From contig JADYYL010000268.1 of the NCBI GenBank assembly GCA_020853655.1, positions 1 to 29,901 of the forward strand: a stretch of DNA of 29,901 bases. The letters are read 5' to 3'. Positions within the stretch are counted from its first letter, which is position 1. Each line of letters opens with the position of its first letter. This document shows, one piece after another, positions 17,201 to 25,632 of the stretch. The notes below the pieces were generated by a model that searched no databases, was not told the DNA's origin, and was given only the letters and a program-made list of their open reading frames with translations. Origin of the DNA: Deltaproteobacteria bacterium (GTDB lineage: Bacteria > Bdellovibrionota_C > UBA2361 > SZUA-149 > JADYYL01). The position numbers and the translations under genes were made by a program.

Positions 17201-20200
17201 CTTTGAGGACGTCGGATGTGAGGAACTCTACTATCGAAGCTCAGCGACCGACGCTGTGCGCGACCAAGACTGGAAGCCGAAGTTCATCTGGCCTGACGAC
17301 TGCAAGTACACGGCGCTCTCATTTCTTCCTCCGCCGGCGGCAGACCCTATTCTGGTCTCCGTTGCGAACGGCACACTGACGATCAATCCTGCGCACCGGT
17401 GGCTGGGACGTTCATTCATCGAAGTTCGTGCGTCGAGCGGGGGATACTCCGACACACAGGTCGTTGTCTTCGACGCGTTCAACAGTCGCCCACAGGTCGG
17501 CGATGCGGAGTATGCCGTGCGAAACGGTTTGCCGTCGCTGAAGTATCAGATCGTGGAGCACGATTCTGCGGACGAACCGCATCTCGTGCCGAGTATCGTT
17601 CCGGTGAATCTCCACGATCAAGATATGCGCTGGGGCCGGGAACATCAGATTCAAACGATTGAAGGGGATGACTACAACAAGCGCGGCTGGCGCGAGCGAT
17701 ACTTGACCGGCAAAGAGAACGGCGTTGATACGCTCTATTTTATCCTCCCGAACAACGAGCTCCATCGCTTCCAGACGACGATTGAAGACAGCCCGTTTGT
17801 CATGCCCGTTGCTGGTCATCACTATGATAGTCCGGCAGGGTGGGTATTCGGCGCCTCTGTCTATCAACCGACTCCTGTTCCGACCCGTCCGATCTGGGTG
17901 GAAGGCGACACGGTGTACTTCGGCGTCGGAACGACCCTCACCGAACTTTTCACCCAGTGGTCACTCCTCGTTGCTGACGGCAACGGCTACGGCGTGTCGA
18001 ATGACTTTCTCTCGAACTACAACAACGCGCCCGAGATTGAGCCGATCGATGAGCAGCGCATCCACTGGCGTGAATCAGACCGAACCGTGGCGCTTGAAGC
18101 AAGCGACCACAACGGCGACCCACTCACATTCAGCGCGAGCATCCTCAGCGATGTGACGGCGTTCAATCTCGACCATCAACTCGACTTCTTCATGCCGACG
18201 CAAGGCATTCGGTTCAACGTGGAGAATGCCAGTGAGAAGTATATCTCTGCGACGAAGCGTCAGACCGGAGGAAACTTCACCTATTTCATCCTCCCCTCGG
18301 GGCAGATCTGCGAGTTCGCGAACTCCGTGCAGACGAGCATGAACCGCTGTGTTGGCACGGTTGCTCGCGCTTATTACGACGACCCCACACTCTTATTTGA
18401 CATGCCGGAGCCGACGTTTGTCCCGGTCGATCTGAATATTGCCGGCACGACCCTGACGATCCATCAACGAGAAGAGGGATGGACGGGTCGGGTGCGGGCG
18501 CGAGTCTCTGTGTCGGATGGAGCGGCGTCGGCGTCGACTGATTTCGTGATCTCAATCTTTAACAACACGCCGGTGCTCGCGGCGATTGACGCTCAAGACA
18601 CGAGCTACCGGTCGATGAGCCTCAGCGTGCCGCTTGTTGGTAGCGATGTCGACCTGCTCGACCGCGCGCACCTCAAATACAAGGTCACGTTTGCCGGCGA
18701 CGAGCATCGAGCCCGTGAATACGATCAGACCTTTGACTTCCGCTCTCCCGACGCCCCGATCTTCAATCGTGACGGGTGGCACGAGAAGATCCTGCTCGGC
18801 CTGTGGAGCGGATCGTATACGGAATTCGCGCTTCTTCCGAATGGAGAGCTGTATCACTGGGAAGGCACGAAGTCGGCGAGCACCAAGATCGGTCGTCTTG
18901 ATGAGCGCTTCTATCGGAATCCCGCGCTGCTCATCAACGTTGTCGACCCGACGCCGGTTCTTCCTGATCTCGACATGACGCAAATCGAGATTGCCAATAA
19001 CGTCGTGACCTTTGTGTTCCCGCCGGACTATCGAGGCACCGCAGTCGCACACGTTGAACTGACTGATGGCAATCTCTACACCCGACGAGACATCACGATC
19101 ACGCGCCAGAATCACGCCCCGGTTCTTGGTCCTATTGCGGATCGAGCGATGCACTGGCGCGAGAATACAGCTTCATTCAACCCGGTCGTGTCGGACGTCG
19201 ACAACGAGCCGCTGACGATCACGGTGCGCCAAGAGAATCGCACGATCCCGTATCAGCTCGATCAGCTCTACGACTTCCGCATGCCCGATACAGGAATGTT
19301 GTTCAACCAGATGGGCATGCAAGAGAAGATCATCCAGGGGAAGACCGACCCGGCGACCGGACGGTTCTGGTATGCGATCTTCCCGAGTGGGCAGGTTCGA
19401 CAATACCAGAACAAGACCGTTCTTGGTCCGCTGTTCGGCACTGTCCCCACTCAGTATTATGACGACCCGTCATTGCTCGTCGACGTTCCCCCTCCGGGCA
19501 TCACGCTTGCGACCGTGACCGCAACCGGAACGAACTTCGTGATCGACCCGGTGAATGGCTGGACCGGCAAACTGCTCTTCACGGCTGAGCTCTCCGACGG
19601 CGAACTCTCTGTCTATCGAACCTTCAAAGTTGCCATCTACAACAACAAGCCGAATCTGCTTCCGGTGCAACCGACCTCCATGTCACGTCGCACGGACTCG
19701 ATCACGGTTGCACTTCCTGCGAGCGATGCCGACTCTCCCGATACGACTTATCTCGTGCGATCGGCTCGTCTCGGCGGTGCAGAGCATGCGGCTTACGAGC
19801 TCTGGCAGCGGTATCGCTTCTCGGCGCGAGTCGCGGGCCATGGCTACAACCTGCTCGGCTGGCGCGAAAAGAGTATCAACGGCGTTGATGCTGGAACGAG
19901 CAAGGAATACCTCATCCTGCCATCAGGCGAGATTCGCGAGCGACGTGGTGCGGTGGAAAACAGCCCGGTTGTTGGCCGAGTCGCGACCACATACTACGCT
20001 GACCCAAGCCTGCTCTTTGCTCCCGCCGTTCCATCGGCTGTTCCATCGGTCGCCCTGTCAGTGACGAACGGTGTTCTTACCGTGAATCCGGCGGCGAACT
20101 ACGAAGGCACATTCCCGATTCTTCTGCAGACGACGGATGGACACGAGTATGACAACGAGCCGTTGAGCATCACGGTTGGCAACTACCGGCCGGTGCTCGC

Positions 20201-23200
20201 CGTTCCGAGTGCTCAGTCGATGCACTGGCGAAACGGCAAAGCGGAGGTCACGCTGTCCGCAACGGATGCTGACTCCGATCCGCTCACCTTCAGCGCGGCG
20301 TTCAGCGGCGCAACTCTGCCGGTCACCTTCGCGATACAGGGGAACAAACTGACCATCACGGCGAAGGGCGATCCCGTCATTGGAACGGCAACCGTTCAGG
20401 TGTCCGTGAGCGACGGCTTTGTCTCTGATACCAAGACCTTCGCCTTGACGTTGACGAACACCGCTCCATCAATGCAATCGTTCACAAACGTTGAGCGCCC
20501 ACATCGCACCCGTGAGATACTGATCCCCGTCGTTGCGACCGACCCGAATGGAGATCCGCTCACGCTGAGCGCGACCGTCCTCGGCGCGAATGTCGGGGCG
20601 TCTTTTACCGGCACGACGCTCAAGTTAGCGATCCCAGAGTTCTATGCAGGCTCGTTTGCGGTCAACGTGTTCGCGACCGACCGCATCGTCTCTGTCTCGA
20701 AGAGTGTGACCGTATCAATTGGTAACCGCGCGCCGGTCCTCGCGCCGAGTGGGAATCTTCAGGTGCCGTGGAGAGAGAACTCCGCAAGCGTAGGGTTCAC
20801 GGTCAGTGACCCGGATGGCTCCGATCTTTTCCTTTCAACGCGTATTGTTGGTGGAGACATCGCTTCTTCATCCACAATCGTCGGGTCGCAAGTCATCGTC
20901 AGTCTCCCCAGCCATAATCTCGGAACGACGACAGTCGAAGTCAGTGCCTCAGACGGAGACCTCACCGCCCGGACGACGTTTACGGTGCAGGTCATCAACC
21001 ACGCACCAGTGCTTCGCGTCGATCCGCAGTTCATCGAGCTTGGGACGCGCGTGCACACCGTGAGTATCGCCGCGACCGATGAAGACAACGATCCATTAAG
21101 CTACGAAGCAGAGCTGATCGAAGAGCAGCGAATCGCCTATGAACTCGACCAGGTGCATAACTTCGAACTCCGCTTTGCCGACTACTTCTATGACCTGCTC
21201 GGCAACCAGGAGAAGTATATCCAAGGCACGAAGAACGAAGCCGAGGGACTGTACTGGTATGTGATCTATCCGAACGGTGACTTCTACGAATGGCGCGAGC
21301 GCTTGAGCGATAGCTTCTACTATGGACGGCTGCCGACCTCGTTCTACGAAGATCCAACGAAGCTCTTCGATGTCTCCGCTCCGGGAACGTGGGTCTCGCC
21401 CGGCTCGATCCAACTCGTCGGCTCGGATGTGACCATCAACCTCAATCCGAACTACGTCGGCCAGTTTATGATCCGCGCCAAAGCCTCGGATACCAAGGCG
21501 ACGACGACCTTTGATTTCATCGTTGAAGTCATCGATCCAAACGGCGGAGAGGACGACTCCGATGACGACGATGATTCCAGCTGCGAGCCGACGATCAAGT
21601 TGCATCACGGCGAACACAACGTCAGTTCGTGCAAGGTTGCCTTTACGGCAGAGGGACGCATTGGCGACTCGGCAACGGGGCCGGGACACAGAACCTTTGA
21701 GATGGATATCTCGCGCTCAACCGCGGGGCCGTTCAAGGACGGCGAGACGAAGAACTATGTCTGGGTGAGCGGCCGCAGCACACCGTTTAAGCTCGTTTAC
21801 AACGACGAAGCCGAGACCGCGGAGTTGACGATCGACGGGAACGTTGTGACTCATCGCTCCGTAAAGGAAGACGATTTCACCGACATGTTCATCCGCGCTC
21901 GGGCCGGTGACAGTGGCCATTCGATCAAGTTGTATGACCTTGTCTTGAACGGCGTGACCATCGGCGAAGGCGTTGAAGCTTCGCCGAACGCTGGTGGCGT
22001 TAACGTCCTGCAGATCACGGCGCCGGGAATCAATCGCGGCTTCACCCTCGAGGGGAATGTGAAGATGACCTTCACAGGAACCGCCGTGAAGAACTCCGAA
22101 CTCGCGTTCCAGATCTCAACCTCGAATGTCCATGACCATGAAGAGGAATGCGAAGACGACCACGGCGGCCGGAAGGTGACGATCTGCCACTGCCCACCCG
22201 GGAACTCCGATAACTGCCATACGATCTCGATCTCTCGGAGTGCGCTCGAAACGCACCTTCAGGAGCACGGCGACTTCATCGGCGAGTGCCCGGGCGATCC
22301 AGGAGATGATGTCATTGCTGCATGCGATGCAGGTCCAGTGCTGCAGTCGCCGGTCTTCGGAGTGTGGAACAGTGTGCTCAACATGCAGAACACGCTTGAA
22401 CTCGCGAATCGTGAGTCCACGGCAATGTCCGTGACGTTGACCCTCTACTCGATTCTCGGAGAGCAGGTTCACAGAGATACGTTGTCAGTGCCCGCACTTG
22501 GCCAGTTATCGGTAGGGTTCAATAATCTTCCTGGATTCGTGGAGAACTCGAACGGTGTCTTCAAACTTGAGTTCAGCGGGAAGCTCGATGGCCGAACGGT
22601 CTATCGTCGACCAGACGCAACTGGCGGATCAGAGTTCATGTTTATCCTCCCACTGACAGATGGGCTCTTCGGCGAGACCGCAGTTGGGTTCAATACGACT
22701 CAACCGTCGACCATCTCGTCCGAGAAGGCCAACGCTGTGATGAACTGGCTTTCGATCGCAAACCTCGATCGCGAAGTGAAGACGTTCCAGGTCGATACGT
22801 TCGATCAGAAGGGACGACTGTTGCTCCGCCGGAACGTGACCCTCGAGGGACTCACGCGGGCGACGATCGATGGTGGGCACGATCTCGCGGGTCGAAATAA
22901 ATCGGGCACGCATTTCATCACGCCGCTCGATCTCAATACCCACTATCTCGCAGAGCTGACCCGATTCGGCGGCGATGCGAAGGCAGGATTCACGCCGTCG
23001 ACTTATCGGTTCGCGTTCCCGGCTGTGGCACAACTGGTTCAAAGTGACCGCGGTTATGTCGGACTTCGCAATCGGGAAGGGGAGATGAGTTGGGTTGAGG
23101 TGGCAAATCGCAGCGGCGTCGCGGGACGCTACGCGATCAATCTGTTCAACTCGAAGGGGAAGCTTATCGAGTCGATCGATCAGAAGATTGCAGCAAACGG

Positions 23201-23696
23201 ATACGCGGTCGTCGATGCGAAGCGCTTCCTCAAGGTCGGCGAGCAAGGCTACGCACAGATCATTCCGTTCGCGCCCCGTTCCTATATCGCCCAGGGCATT
23301 ACGTATCACACGTCGCTGAAGACGAAGGGCAGCGTGACCGCGGCTCACAGTGCGGTGGCTCGAAGCGATTCCCAGTGTTTGCTGACGTCCGGTTTTAATC
23401 TCAGCGCGGGCGACAACTGGCTCCTCGTTGCCAATACTTCGAATGTGACGACAAACATTGCCGTCACAGCGAACACCGCTGGGCAAGCTTCCGAACGTAT
23501 CGTCTCACTGAAGGCGCGCTCATCAATTCTTCTCCCGTTGCACGACCAACGCCAGATGAGACTCGCTCCCGGAACGCAGGGCTTGCTCAACGTTCGCGCG
23601 GGGAATCGTGAAGCGAAGCTGTTCGGTGAGATCGTCCGGTCAAAGGTGCGGGATAAGAAATACGTAGACTTCTCAGCGGCGATTCCGCTGCGATAG
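14250..23696 (+). CDS. Giant secreted multidomain protein (3148 aa): M64-like pseudo-peptidase, 2 Ig-like domains, 13 cadherin-like repeats with 8 inserted modules, beta-sandwich, Cys/His module, 4x C-terminal repeat
   Basis: Signal peptide MNRFLPLFLASLFVVAFATASTAFA; M64 motifs VDVVFVGDGF, FNVHRV, HLFGHSFGNLADE, KWYRW, YRPTANSKM; repeated NxAP...D.DxDPLT...VSDG units; uninterrupted 9.4-kb ORF. Confidence 0.9.
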   Translation: MNRFLPLFLASLFVVAFATASTAFAQGETVYFDSARQESLAESSVGSEPGSFLSPSSSVPSTPPAVAIVRDSGRSNNRVDVVFVGDGFTSSSIPGYASRVTELESSMFSETPLAQYKKYFNVHRVDVLSSQSGVDHESGYPQYRDTAMGMEYYCNDSPDTLCIDISQAYVYAGYARDVDQIIALAKSTRGGGAAYPFSDIALMGSDHLAAPQHIMHLFGHSFGNLADETSVGGWEEFTGFEPAEPNASMLTSSDLQSQRVKWYRWLGVTDGALGEIGTHEGAMGSARRIYRPTANSKMRELNQSFNAPSIESLIIETYKLVSPIDDATPANAVLTGRETLSVTPLEPVGHSLDIQWKIDGIAVPGATGRTFRPNDYPISDGTHQFSVVVTDNTPMVRDEVARGRYMTATRSWSIPIDQNPPTILVHPESQTRFRGGVGYFVGQASGEDLRYQWYRNGVLIPGATTTSYTTPGVTLADSGARFHFVVSNVAGAVASNPAVLTVVNRAPVIGTLGAMSLLRREVRPLAVPLSDADGDPLTMTAEIIEPNTGATVAVSGSTVTVTAGPTFIGTFQVQLSVSDGFETVTKLLTVLVYNGMPTLEQLPNVRMPWRSEELTFILTASDPDNDPLTFSATGMPPTGIASISPTGNILRIRKAAGFQGLLNVTYSVSDGAVSVTKNFAIEIVNNAPTIAAIEDQSIAWNEDSRTIGTGVADADNDPLTLSVVGTPYTAPRDLDQIHDFYFGRGTWSYDLFGLKEKHFSGTKNQQGREFRYYILPNGDLYEERGSAASSIKLASLPTAFHADPALLFDAGNTPIPPMHFEGANLVIDPEPSFRGAFVATVTVSDSLLTATEAFVVTMYDAKPYLKKLPPYLRMHWRTDVLQTPAIAVDPDGDPNGAVSTTTASLWDTTDLWDTIHSLELIPNDNPYDVGFRRNARGLGERYLARRAISPTPPNIYYILPNGELYHFGGSLESSTLVTKVPPAFFEDVGCEELYYRSSATDAVRDQDWKPKFIWPDDCKYTALSFLPPPAADPILVSVANGTLTINPAHRWLGRSFIEVRASSGGYSDTQVVVFDAFNSRPQVGDAEYAVRNGLPSLKYQIVEHDSADEPHLVPSIVPVNLHDQDMRWGREHQIQTIEGDDYNKRGWRERYLTGKENGVDTLYFILPNNELHRFQTTIEDSPFVMPVAGHHYDSPAGWVFGASVYQPTPVPTRPIWVEGDTVYFGVGTTLTELFTQWSLLVADGNGYGVSNDFLSNYNNAPEIEPIDEQRIHWRESDRTVALEASDHNGDPLTFSASILSDVTAFNLDHQLDFFMPTQGIRFNVENASEKYISATKRQTGGNFTYFILPSGQICEFANSVQTSMNRCVGTVARAYYDDPTLLFDMPEPTFVPVDLNIAGTTLTIHQREEGWTGRVRARVSVSDGAASASTDFVISIFNNTPVLAAIDAQDTSYRSMSLSVPLVGSDVDLLDRAHLKYKVTFAGDEHRAREYDQTFDFRSPDAPIFNRDGWHEKILLGLWSGSYTEFALLPNGELYHWEGTKSASTKIGRLDERFYRNPALLINVVDPTPVLPDLDMTQIEIANNVVTFVFPPDYRGTAVAHVELTDGNLYTRRDITITRQNHAPVLGPIADRAMHWRENTASFNPVVSDVDNEPLTITVRQENRTIPYQLDQLYDFRMPDTGMLFNQMGMQEKIIQGKTDPATGRFWYAIFPSGQVRQYQNKTVLGPLFGTVPTQYYDDPSLLVDVPPPGITLATVTATGTNFVIDPVNGWTGKLLFTAELSDGELSVYRTFKVAIYNNKPNLLPVQPTSMSRRTDSITVALPASDADSPDTTYLVRSARLGGAEHAAYELWQRYRFSARVAGHGYNLLGWREKSINGVDAGTSKEYLILPSGEIRERRGAVENSPVVGRVATTYYADPSLLFAPAVPSAVPSVALSVTNGVLTVNPAANYEGTFPILLQTTDGHEYDNEPLSITVGNYRPVLAVPSAQSMHWRNGKAEVTLSATDADSDPLTFSAAFSGATLPVTFAIQGNKLTITAKGDPVIGTATVQVSVSDGFVSDTKTFALTLTNTAPSMQSFTNVERPHRTREILIPVVATDPNGDPLTLSATVLGANVGASFTGTTLKLAIPEFYAGSFAVNVFATDRIVSVSKSVTVSIGNRAPVLAPSGNLQVPWRENSASVGFTVSDPDGSDLFLSTRIVGGDIASSSTIVGSQVIVSLPSHNLGTTTVEVSASDGDLTARTTFTVQVINHAPVLRVDPQFIELGTRVHTVSIAATDEDNDPLSYEAELIEEQRIAYELDQVHNFELRFADYFYDLLGNQEKYIQGTKNEAEGLYWYVIYPNGDFYEWRERLSDSFYYGRLPTSFYEDPTKLFDVSAPGTWVSPGSIQLVGSDVTINLNPNYVGQFMIRAKASDTKATTTFDFIVEVIDPNGGEDDSDDDDDSSCEPTIKLHHGEHNVSSCKVAFTAEGRIGDSATGPGHRTFEMDISRSTAGPFKDGETKNYVWVSGRSTPFKLVYNDEAETAELTIDGNVVTHRSVKEDDFTDMFIRARAGDSGHSIKLYDLVLNGVTIGEGVEASPNAGGVNVLQITAPGINRGFTLEGNVKMTFTGTAVKNSELAFQISTSNVHDHEEECEDDHGGRKVTICHCPPGNSDNCHTISISRSALETHLQEHGDFIGECPGDPGDDVIAACDAGPVLQSPVFGVWNSVLNMQNTLELANRESTAMSVTLTLYSILGEQVHRDTLSVPALGQLSVGFNNLPGFVENSNGVFKLEFSGKLDGRTVYRRPDATGGSEFMFILPLTDGLFGETAVGFNTTQPSTISSEKANAVMNWLSIANLDREVKTFQVDTFDQKGRLLLRRNVTLEGLTRATIDGGHDLAGRNKSGTHFITPLDLNTHYLAELTRFGGDAKAGFTPSTYRFAFPAVAQLVQSDRGYVGLRNREGEMSWVEVANRSGVAGRYAINLFNSKGKLIESIDQKIAANGYAVVDAKRFLKVGEQGYAQIIPFAPRSYIAQGITYHTSLKTKGSVTAAHSAVARSDSQCLLTSGFNLSAGDNWLLVANTSNVTTNIAVTANTAGQASERIVSLKARSSILLPLHDQRQMRLAPGTQGLLNVRAGNREAKLFGEIVRSKVRDKKYVDFSAAIPLR

Positions 23697-23941
23697 CGAG
23701 CTAGTCACTGACCAAGTTCAGGTGATTTAACGCGATATAAACTCCCTCGAATCCAGAAGCACACGAGTTCGCTCGCGCGAGACTCGGTCAATTTTCTCTT
23801 TTCAGATCACTCGTACGAAGGGATATTTGTGAGCTGCACGGCGGCTCATTCGGCGCGACCTCGCGTCAACGCGTTTGGGGATCTTCCGTGAGAGATGTGT
23901 GATGCAGACGTCTTCACTTCATTCGCATTGGCCAGGAGTCT

Positions 23942-25201
23942 ATGGATCTTCGCAGAGCGCTCGCCGCCGGATTGATATCGCTTCCAGTTATTTCCCTTTC
24001 ACCTTCGTCCAGCGTTGCAGCGCCAAAGCCACCTCGAGCGATCTGCGCGAACAACACCACAGGGGTGCTTGCGCTACGTACTCGATGTCGCGCGGGTGAG
24101 GCAAAACTGAACACCCGCGCGGAGCTCATCGGAGCGCAGGGACCAGCGGGGGCTCAGGGGGCGACCGGGGAGGCCGGTGCGGTAGGCGCGACGGGTGCAA
24201 CGGGAGCGACGGGCGCAACAGGCGCGACTGGAGCAACCGGTGCGACAGGGGGTGTCGGGGCCACTGGAGCAGCCGGCGCCGATGGAGCCATTCGAATCTA
24301 TGGAGATGGAACGGACGGTGACGTCGTTTTCAATCTCTCGACGACCTATGAACCGACGAGTCAGTACAACAACATCACCGTCGATGTTGGCCAGACGCTG
24401 ACGATACCCACCGGGGCAACGATTCGGTGCGCGGGCACTCTGACAAACAATGGAACGATTCTCGTGGCAGCGTACGGTGGTGGGGGTAGCATCGGCGCGC
24501 CTTCTGCTTCCGTTACTGTTCCCTCTGTTGATATTCCGAACGCCGGACTCAGCGCGTACACGGCGCAGAATGGTTCGTATGGAACCTCAGCTGGTACGCT
24601 GATCGGAGGTGTCGGCGGGCCGTCGATGAATAGCTCCGTTGCGATTGCTCTGTTGCAGCCGTATCCCGCGGCGGGTGGGGCGGGTGGTGGAACGCAAGGT
24701 CAATATGGAGGAAGCGGCGGCGGCTCTCTTCGCATCCTTTGCGCTGGTGCCGTACAGAATTCGGTCACGGGGATCATTCGGGCGAACGGCGGTTCCGGAT
24801 CGAGCGGAACTGGAGGGGGCGCGGGTGGGTTGATCATCATTGGTTCGCAGACCTCAATTACGCAAGCGGGCACGATCAATGCGAACGGTGGAAATGGCGG
24901 TGCGGCCACAGCATCTTCAGGAGGTGGTGGAGGGGGTGGTGGCGGTATCGTTCAGTTGATCGCACCGGTGGTGAATAGTACCGGAACTGTGAACGTTACG
25001 CGCGGGAACGGTGCTTCCGCGGTAGGCGCGGGCACTGTGTCCAGTTCACCGCGAAGCTCAGGTGCTGGCGGTGGTGCACTCGGTGGTGGCGGTGGTGCCG
25101 GAGGGAGCGTCCTCGCGGACGGCAGCACCGGTCTTCCCTCTGATGGTAGCGATGGATATTCGATCGTTTCGCTCAAAGATCCTACCTCGCTTGGGCTATA
25201 G
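23942..25201 (+). CDS. Secreted collagen-like protein with glycine-rich head (419 aa), paralog 2
   Basis: [17 protein letters not shown]...[10 protein letters not shown]...TRAEL nearly identical to 257-1561; about 17 Gly-X-Y triplets; same Gly-rich head. Confidence 0.85.
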   Translation: MDLRRALAAGLISLPVISLSPSSSVAAPKPPRAICANNTTGVLALRTRCRAGEAKLNTRAELIGAQGPAGAQGATGEAGAVGATGATGATGATGATGATGATGGVGATGAAGADGAIRIYGDGTDGDVVFNLSTTYEPTSQYNNITVDVGQTLTIPTGATIRCAGTLTNNGTILVAAYGGGGSIGAPSASVTVPSVDIPNAGLSAYTAQNGSYGTSAGTLIGGVGGPSMNSSVAIALLQPYPAAGGAGGGTQGQYGGSGGGSLRILCAGAVQNSVTGIIRANGGSGSSGTGGGAGGLIIIGSQTSITQAGTINANGGNGGAATASSGGGGGGGGGIVQLIAPVVNSTGTVNVTRGNGASAVGAGTVSSSPRSSGAGGGALGGGGGAGGSVLADGSTGLPSDGSDGYSIVSLKDPTSLGL

Positions 25202-25209
25202 AAACTGAT

Positions 25210-25243
25210 GCGCGAGGTGCTCGGTCGCCGACCGATCTCGCGC
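25210..25243 (+). terminator. Hairpin after collagen-like paralog 2
   Basis: GCGCGAG/CTCGCGC outer stem and TCGGTC/GACCGA inner stem, 8 nt after the stop; no U-run. Confidence 0.35.
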
Positions 25244-25632
25244 GCGACTCCAGTGATTCTGAAAGCGTCGGGAGTATCCACTCCGGGCGTGTGTGGGAGT
25301 GTGGTTGGCCAAATCTCCGCTCTCCGCTGGGGGCCGTTATTGACCCACAAACGTGATCGGATTCCCAGGACCTCTCCGAACGGCGCTCGTTTGGCTGTCG
25401 AGTTTTACGCCCAGCGATAAGAGGCGAGGACGTTGAAGGCTTGTAACGGGTGAGGAACTCTACGAAATTCGAGGTGTCCCATCCGGCGCTCCCAACACAA
25501 TCGCGTCTCAGCCGCTCCGAATGCGAGCGTAAAGAGAACGCACAAATCAGCCGTTTGATCTCATAATGTCAAGTGCGTTCGGATAAGCCGGTTCTGGCGA
25601 TAGCAGCTCACTCGTTTTTGCAGAGAGAGATC

